Shown here one piece after another: positions 35,434 to 41,364 of a stretch of DNA of 41,364 bases. Both the position numbers and the translations under genes were made by a program. The notes under the pieces are model-generated. The model had not been told where the DNA came from and ran no database searches. It saw only the letters and a list, made by a program, of their open reading frames with translations. Position 1 is the first letter of the stretch. Every line of letters begins with the position of its first letter. The DNA lies in contig CAXDRT010000003.1 in assembly GCA_963991835.1 (NCBI GenBank), forward strand, positions 1 through 41,364, written 5' to 3'. Source of the DNA: an uncultured euryarchaeote. GTDB taxonomy: Archaea; Thermoplasmatota; Poseidoniia; Poseidoniales; Poseidoniaceae.

Positions 35434-37743
35434 ATGTTCGGCTTACCTGAGTACCTTTCCGAACGTTGTAAACTTGGAAACACTCGAGATATTGGTACCT
35501 CTGGACCTGTCATAGTTTGGCTGAAATCGTCACTGCGAACAGAGGAAAATCCTGCAATCGATGCTGCGAGAATCATTGCAGATGATTTGAATCTCCCACT
35601 CTTCATCTATCATGGAATTGATGAGCGATACCCACACGCCTCGCTTCGTCATCATAACATGCTCTTGGACGCTTCTGTAGACATGCATGATGGGGCTAAA
35701 AGAATTGGAGTCGATTACTACTTACATATAGCAAGAAGAGATAATCGGCAGAGTGTTATGAAGGAACTATCAAGACAAGCCAGTCTCATTATCACAGATC
35801 TTTTCCCTTTACCTCCATGGAAAGATTGGGTTGAAAATATTGCTCAAAATGCAACATGTGCGGTTATCGAAATTGATTGTCACTGTGTAGTCCCTATGCC
35901 AGTTTTTGGAAAATCTGTTGATCGACCATTCAAGTATAGAGATGCTACGAAACGATTACGTAAAGCAAGAATCAATCGTATTTGGCCTAAATTGGATATG
36001 AAAAATCAATCATGGACAGGTGTACTTCCATTCAATCCAATTGATATCGATAGAGAAATCCGAACGATGAAACAACGATTTAATCTCCTTAAACAATGTG
36101 ATATCGACGCTACTGTATTGCCCGTTTGGAATGAGAAGGGTGGTCAATATTCGGCATTGAGTCGATGGGATGAATTCAAGAAAACTGGTCTTTCTGGATA
36201 TGCCCGAAGAAGAAACAAGGCAGAGGATCCAACTGGTGTCTCTCGTCTATCATCATCGATTCACTATGGAACGATCTCGGTGATGAAAATAGCAAGAGAA
36301 ACGGCAGCTTTCGGAACGAAGTCAGCAGACAAATTCCTTGATGAACTCCTCATATTCAGAGAACATGCATGGCATCATTGTTATTCATGTACTGAACCAT
36401 ATGGCGCACACAATCTACCTCAGTGGGCAAGGGATTCATGGCAGGATACCGAAAGAGATGTACGCACAGTTGTCTTAACGAAGGAACAATTCGAGCATAG
36501 TCAAAGTCCAAGTGCATTATGGAATCTATGTCAAACATCGTTGTATCGTCATGGAGAACTCCATAACAATCTCAGAATGACTTGGGGAAAAGCCACACCG
36601 CTCTGGACAAAGAGCCTTCAAGAGTCACTTGTTATAGGACAACATCTGAATGATAAATTCGCACTCGATGGACGTGACCCTTCTTCAATTGCAGGAATAC
36701 AATGGTGTCATGGGCTTTTCGATAGGGCCTTTTACCCGCCAATGCCTGTTATGGGAATTGTTCGTAAAAGAGATCTTGAAACACACAAATCACGTCTTGA
36801 TTTAGGAAGGTATGAACAACATGTTACTCGAAAACCAAGCAATCAAACACATCCATTTGTTATTATTGGGGCAGGTTTCTCTGGAGCGTTTGCTGCCTTC
36901 TTGCTCAAATCATACGGATATGAGGTTCTTGTGATCGACAAAGGAACAATTCCAGGAGGAAGGTCCTCAACCAAAACACGACCTGAAGGAATATACAATC
37001 ATGGTAACGGAGAAATTTGGAATCCATCTGAACCACAAGAAGACGCACTGATACAAAACGCTGATCAACAAATACAACAATGGCTGAATGGAATAGATGT
37101 TGTGTGTGATACAAAGGTCACACGAATTATTCATCAGGATCAACATGTTCATGTTGAAGATGAAAGCGGAACAGTCTGGAAGAGTGATGGATTGATCTTG
37201 ACCTGTCCAATTCCTCAATGCTACGAACTTCTTCCTGATGATTTACCTAACGAATGGAGTAATCACCCGTATCATTCATCATGGACACTCATTTTGACAC
37301 ATTCGAAACCTTCTCCTGAATCATTGTTAGCAGTTAGCCATCAATCTATAGAAAAAATTCGTCGCGGTATTGATGATAACTTATCGAATCATATCATTCT
37401 ACAAATGTCTTCACCATGGTCAGATAAGTATCTTGAGGAATCACGAGATGAAATAACCAAACGAATCGTAAATGAGGTCATTTCACAGCTGGACGATGGT
37501 TCACAAGAATGGATTTCAAGCGCATCAATCCATGCCCATCGATGGCGATATGCTCGACCAAAGAAAAGGCCCGAACAGATAGAGCTTGATCGAATAACAT
37601 TCGCAGGTGATGCATGGAGTGAACCTATTGGAACGATTGAAGCAGCAGTCAAATCAGCAAAATGGTCTGTTGCAGAACTCTTGTGGAATATAAATTCAGA
37701 ATCTCAACCAAAGAATACTGGTTATCAAACTCAATTGTTTTGA
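35434..37743 (+). CDS. Class II photolyase-like domain fused to a renalase-like FAD oxidoreductase
   Basis: SRLS..IHYG, FLDELLI.RE, LP.WA, HNNLRMTWGK and LND..ALDGRDP; then IIGAG.SG, DKG..PGGR, HRWRYA and AGD. Confidence 0.87.
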   Translation: MFGLPEYLSERCKLGNTRDIGTSGPVIVWLKSSLRTEENPAIDAARIIADDLNLPLFIYHGIDERYPHASLRHHNMLLDASVDMHDGAKRIGVDYYLHIARRDNRQSVMKELSRQASLIITDLFPLPPWKDWVENIAQNATCAVIEIDCHCVVPMPVFGKSVDRPFKYRDATKRLRKARINRIWPKLDMKNQSWTGVLPFNPIDIDREIRTMKQRFNLLKQCDIDATVLPVWNEKGGQYSALSRWDEFKKTGLSGYARRRNKAEDPTGVSRLSSSIHYGTISVMKIARETAAFGTKSADKFLDELLIFREHAWHHCYSCTEPYGAHNLPQWARDSWQDTERDVRTVVLTKEQFEHSQSPSALWNLCQTSLYRHGELHNNLRMTWGKATPLWTKSLQESLVIGQHLNDKFALDGRDPSSIAGIQWCHGLFDRAFYPPMPVMGIVRKRDLETHKSRLDLGRYEQHVTRKPSNQTHPFVIIGAGFSGAFAAFLLKSYGYEVLVIDKGTIPGGRSSTKTRPEGIYNHGNGEIWNPSEPQEDALIQNADQQIQQWLNGIDVVCDTKVTRIIHQDQHVHVEDESGTVWKSDGLILTCPIPQCYELLPDDLPNEWSNHPYHSSWTLILTHSKPSPESLLAVSHQSIEKIRRGIDDNLSNHIILQMSSPWSDKYLEESRDEITKRIVNEVISQLDDGSQEWISSASIHAHRWRYARPKKRPEQIELDRITFAGDAWSEPIGTIEAAVKSAKWSVAELLWNINSESQPKNTGYQTQLF

Positions 37744-37752
37744 GCGGGATAA

Positions 37753-39195
37753 TCAAAGTGTAGAGATTCCGCCAGCAGGCATTGTATCCATCATTGAGAT
37801 GGTGTCTCCTCGAAGACTTGGCCCAAGATTGATTGTACCAAAGATACCAATATCTGCCAAATTATGGGAGAATGAGAACCATGTCCGTCCGTACTGATCC
37901 ACTCGAATATCGAGGAAATCACCTAATCCACCACACCGATTGTATCCGCAATCAGGTTCCTGGTCAATCGGATCTCCCACTTTGTTGAGTTGAACCGTTG
38001 TGAACAGAGGCGTTTCATTGAATGCATCTGTCGCATATGTGAGATATCCATTCCATGTCTCTTCATCGCCTTCAGTTTCACCGACATAGCCGAATGCAAC
38101 TGTACCTGGATCGCCAGCAACAACAACAGGGAATCCAGTTCCTGAGAGATTGATCGGAGGGGCAATCATTGTTGCATTTGACCAAGTATCCCCTTGATCG
38201 ATGGAATAGGACCAGTATGGCATGTTATCAAGACCCATCCACATTGCGTGTACGTTCCCTTCGCTATCAACTTCGACTTGAGCTTCTTCTGCATTCCAAG
38301 TGTCAGCAGTTCCAGTCACGGATGTAGGCAACACATGTTCAGTCCATGAGATGCCTGCATTTGTGGTTCTGAAGATGGAATAACCATCACCTGTACAACC
38401 TTTGTTTCCTCGATAGAAGTTTCCATCAATGCTTCCAACAAGATGGGCGCTAAGACCACCAGAAGAGCATGTTACGGGCGCTCCAGAGGTTTCTGGACCC
38501 CATGTCGCTCCACCGTCTTGGCTTGATGAACAAAGAGGATGTGGGGCGTTTCCATTGATACAGAACATCCATGTTGTTTCGTACAATGCTGCTGGCATAT
38601 TACTGCTGGCTATTGTTTGGTGATCTTGAACGGAATACACTTGTGTGGCAATACTCGGCCCTTGCCAGCTTGCACCCTCATCATCAGACCATTCAACGGT
38701 CATTCCAAGCAGTGCATGCATATCGAATTTCATGATTCGACTCGTCCATGGGTCAACATAGATGTAGGGATCATTTGAATTTGCAATAGGAAGGAATGGA
38801 TCATAGATGTTTTCACAACTGTAATCCAAGACATCTACCATTCCAATAAGATCACATGAAATGATGGCTGTCGAACCTGCTGGACCATTACCGTATGAAC
38901 TCATCACCATCAAGTCTGTTTGTGTGATGCCCATGGTTGGTTCGAATGTGGACATACCAATACCGTAGTAGGTCCCTTCAGCAGGATATGGGAGATTCCT
39001 GCCTTCAAGGACAACGCTATCATTGCCCCAAGCATCAACCGCCCCAGCATAGTGATACCATGTCAACTCATTCCTCTCAAAGTTCCATACAGATTCTACA
39101 GATTCCACAGTTGTTTCAGCGTCTTCTGCAAAACATCCAGCAAGTGGTGTTGACAAAAACACAAACACGAGTAGTATCGCAATAGCTTGCTTCAT
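37753..39195 (-). CDS. Lipoprotein with BNR/Asp-box beta-propeller
   Basis: Signal peptide with LAGC lipobox; Asp-boxes SDDEGASW, SQDGGATW, TTNAGISW and SIDQGDTW. Confidence 0.8.
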   Translation of the reverse strand: MKQAIAILLVFVFLSTPLAGCFAEDAETTVESVESVWNFERNELTWYHYAGAVDAWGNDSVVLEGRNLPYPAEGTYYGIGMSTFEPTMGITQTDLMVMSSYGNGPAGSTAIISCDLIGMVDVLDYSCENIYDPFLPIANSNDPYIYVDPWTSRIMKFDMHALLGMTVEWSDDEGASWQGPSIATQVYSVQDHQTIASSNMPAALYETTWMFCINGNAPHPLCSSSQDGGATWGPETSGAPVTCSSGGLSAHLVGSIDGNFYRGNKGCTGDGYSIFRTTNAGISWTEHVLPTSVTGTADTWNAEEAQVEVDSEGNVHAMWMGLDNMPYWSYSIDQGDTWSNATMIAPPINLSGTGFPVVVAGDPGTVAFGYVGETEGDEETWNGYLTYATDAFNETPLFTTVQLNKVGDPIDQEPDCGYNRCGGLGDFLDIRVDQYGRTWFSFSHNLADIGIFGTINLGPSLRGDTISMMDTMPAGGISTL

Positions 39196-39244
39196 TGTGC
39201 GATGCTGGGTCAGGTTTCAATTAAGGATTCGCTCGACCTAACTC

Positions 39245-41008
39245 TCACACACCAATATCATAAAATGAGGTATTAATCATATCATACCAAGGGTTTTGAC
39301 CAATTCCAGAATTTCCATCGTAGTAGCCTGTTGTCTCTACAAAGTAAAAGTACACATCGACTTTTTCACCTTCACCATAGAATCCTTCTCCGGTTGCAGC
39401 AGGCATGTTGATCACAGCCCAAGCATGCCCTCCCCATTCGTCATCTTCACTCGCCTTCACTTGCCCAAGCATCAATGCTGCATCGTACCCTAATGATTCT
39501 ACCAAACTGATGTAGAGTGCAGAAGCATCTTCACAATCTCCTCCATTCTCATACAACATTTCGATTGGATACTTTGGTTTGTCAGTGGTATTACCAGCAG
39601 AATCTAAATCATATTGATATGGAATTGCTCCAACGAAACTGTAAATGAATTCTGCAATTTCAACATTGGTTGTATATCCGCTTTGGATGGACATATTCTT
39701 CAGTTCAAGTGCAAGTTCCTGAACGTAAGGAGCATCTGGTGTAGAGAACCGTGCGTATTGTGGTATTACGTCATCATACGATTCTGCATTTGACCAATCA
39801 ATTGAATGATCTAAGCTACGATAATAAGAATACGTTGTATAATTGAGAATCTTTTCCAAATGATACTGATTTGAATCAAAATTCCAATAATAATCGAATA
39901 TTGACTGTGTGGCCATATCAAAGGGTTCAATGCTGATGTTCAATGCCCCATCATCTCCATTTGAGTCTTCTCTACCATCCGAATAAATCGATACATCATC
40001 AAACATCGTTACCGAATCAAAAATGTACTCAAGGGCGTCTTCATCTGGATCGGGATTGATATCAATTTCATCATCAAAGAGTGCATCATCATCGTACGCT
40101 TCGATTAAAATTGTATGATATCGCTGAGTCTCATCCAAATCGAGAGTATACTCAAACGGAAGTTGAGTCAGTACATTTGTTTGAATGTCATAGTAACTGT
40201 TCACGAAAAAGGCAGATTGAGAATAGGTGCAATCAATTGATTCACCATTTAGGTAAATACAGAGATACATCTCTGTGATATCTTCAAAGTCCATATCCTG
40301 AAAAATAATGATTGAGTCGAGGCTAAGAACAATTGCTGCATCGCGGAAATCATCAACATCGTAGTCATCAATGATTCCGTCATTATCATCATCAGAATCA
40401 AGATTGTCTCCAATCCCATCACCATCATGGTCAGCCCATTCTGTACCATCAAATGGGAAGACGTCGCTATTGTCGCCAGTTCCATCACCATCATAATCGG
40501 ACCATTCACTTGGATCATAGGGGAATGCATCTGAATTGTCTGGATAGGAATCTGAGTCTGAATCAGCCCACTCATTTGGGTCCAGAGGATACAAATCTTC
40601 AGAATCATTTACTCCATCATTATCGTCATCAAGATCCTCGTTAATGTCTATGCAACCGTCTTGGTCGATATCAATCGAAAGAGCAGGCCAGTCCATGATA
40701 CCTGTAGGGCAGTTGTCCAGATTATCATGAACGCCATCATTGTCATCATCAGGATCCTCGAGAGCATCATTGCAACCATCTTGGTCATAATCAGTTTCAA
40801 TCGACGATGTCCAACCGATTTCTCCTTCCGAACAGGAATCCACTGTATTTTGAATGCCGTCATCATCCCAATCGGTATCAATTTCAACTGTATCATCCAT
40901 CAAGAGGTAAATGCCAACCCCCAGGATTGAGAACAAAATAAGGCCAGAGAGGCCAATAGCAATAGTCACTTTATCGTAGTTTGATTCAACTCTATCGCTC
41001 ATGCTCAT
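39245..41008 (-). CDS. Membrane-anchored thrombospondin type-3 repeat protein with transglutaminase-like (papain-fold) domain
   Basis: N-terminal TM; DxDxDGxxD repeats; GDCED, GHAW and FVETT triad pattern. Confidence 0.8.
   Translation of the reverse strand: MSMSDRVESNYDKVTIAIGLSGLILFSILGVGIYLLMDDTVEIDTDWDDDGIQNTVDSCSEGEIGWTSSIETDYDQDGCNDALEDPDDDNDGVHDNLDNCPTGIMDWPALSIDIDQDGCIDINEDLDDDNDGVNDSEDLYPLDPNEWADSDSDSYPDNSDAFPYDPSEWSDYDGDGTGDNSDVFPFDGTEWADHDGDGIGDNLDSDDDNDGIIDDYDVDDFRDAAIVLSLDSIIIFQDMDFEDITEMYLCIYLNGESIDCTYSQSAFFVNSYYDIQTNVLTQLPFEYTLDLDETQRYHTILIEAYDDDALFDDEIDINPDPDEDALEYIFDSVTMFDDVSIYSDGREDSNGDDGALNISIEPFDMATQSIFDYYWNFDSNQYHLEKILNYTTYSYYRSLDHSIDWSNAESYDDVIPQYARFSTPDAPYVQELALELKNMSIQSGYTTNVEIAEFIYSFVGAIPYQYDLDSAGNTTDKPKYPIEMLYENGGDCEDASALYISLVESLGYDAALMLGQVKASEDDEWGGHAWAVINMPAATGEGFYGEGEKVDVYFYFVETTGYYDGNSGIGQNPWYDMINTSFYDIGV
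40360..40880 (-). repeat. Coding Asp-rich calcium-binding (TSP3-like) tandem repeats
   Basis: Units such as D.FP.DP.EW.D.DGDG.GDN and D.D.DGC.D..ED.DDDNDGV.D; boundaries approximate. Confidence 0.75.
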
Positions 41009-41039
41009 CGTGTCTATCAATTATGCTTGAAATAAAGAC

Positions 41040-41363
41040 TTATTCCCTACAGCGAATAGTTACAACATCGTATAAATCACTGATTTTTTCAACATTTACC
41101 AGTAAATGTAAAACTTCCAACATCTCAGCAAGTTTTGAGGGAGGATTTTCAATGTTGTATGAGGAAGCTAAATTTCTAGGACAAATTCTCCATTCAATGG
41201 ACCCCAAAGATGTATTTCCATTGTGCAATCTTGGAAGTTCACATGATGAACTTGTTAAGGTTCGGCAACCTTGGATTGATGAATTCATATTCAAACCTGC
41301 CAGAGAGAAAGGATATGATGTTCTCAATGTGGATCTAAAACCAAATCCCGGCGTGGATCTCGT
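41040..41363 (-). CDS. Hypothetical protein, C-terminal fragment (truncated by window)
   Basis: Frame is open to the window edge; no recognisable motif. Confidence 0.45.
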   Translation of the reverse strand, partial: TRSTPGFGFRSTLRTSYPFSLAGLNMNSSIQGCRTLTSSSCELPRLHNGNTSLGSIEWRICPRNLASSYNIENPPSKLAEMLEVLHLLVNVEKISDLYDVVTIRCRE

Positions 41364-41364
41364 G

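Noticed and set aside
15285-37743. Sirtuin, SLOG, Tpt1, SurE and renalase read as one NAD-based defence system
   Set aside because: The genes are scattered over 22 kb in different operons, and the sirtuin is a housekeeping CobB type, not a Thoeris/DSR-type NADase.
40360-40880. CRISPR-like or DNA tandem repeat
   Set aside because: The repetition is at protein level (Asp-rich motifs) with synonymous variation; no identical repeats with spacers.
1-41364. tRNA, rRNA, IS elements or integrase
   Set aside because: Intergenic gaps are mostly under 130 nt, and I saw no cloverleaf, transposase or recombinase motifs. Small ncRNAs cannot be excluded without a covariance search.

Overview
Gene-dense archaeal chromosomal segment. 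Gene content points to a Marine Group II euryarchaeon (Poseidoniales, Thermoplasmatota); this is inferred from archaeal information genes, a class II photolyase, LAGC-lipobox and Asp-rich surface proteins and bacterial-like metabolic genes, not from a search. From left to right: (1) exosome superoperon rrp4-rrp41-rrp42-rpl37ae-pcc1-pfdB-DHH plus an unknown helical protein; (2) a minus-strand small membrane protein/UbiD/TPR-like/Nudix unit; (3) rps12-rps7-EF2-MOSC; (4) isoprenoid genes: IPK, a type-1 IDI::GGPP synthase fusion, thiolase and a cysteine-less DUF35 partner; (5) Tpt1/KptA; (6) a MamK-like actin next to unknown zinc-ribbon and membrane proteins and an E. coli-like CobB; (7) coaBC, trmY, surE, EamA, OPT and MFS transporters, SLOG, aIF5A and two SDRs; (8) a class II photolyase::renalase-like fusion and two surface proteins. 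The best candidates for new biology are the MamK-like actin locus, the mosaic isoprenoid pathway, the photolyase fusion and a degenerate TATA-like hexamer 28-31 nt upstream of many start codons. I found no rRNA, tRNA, CRISPR array or mobile element. All family assignments rest on motif recognition from memory.
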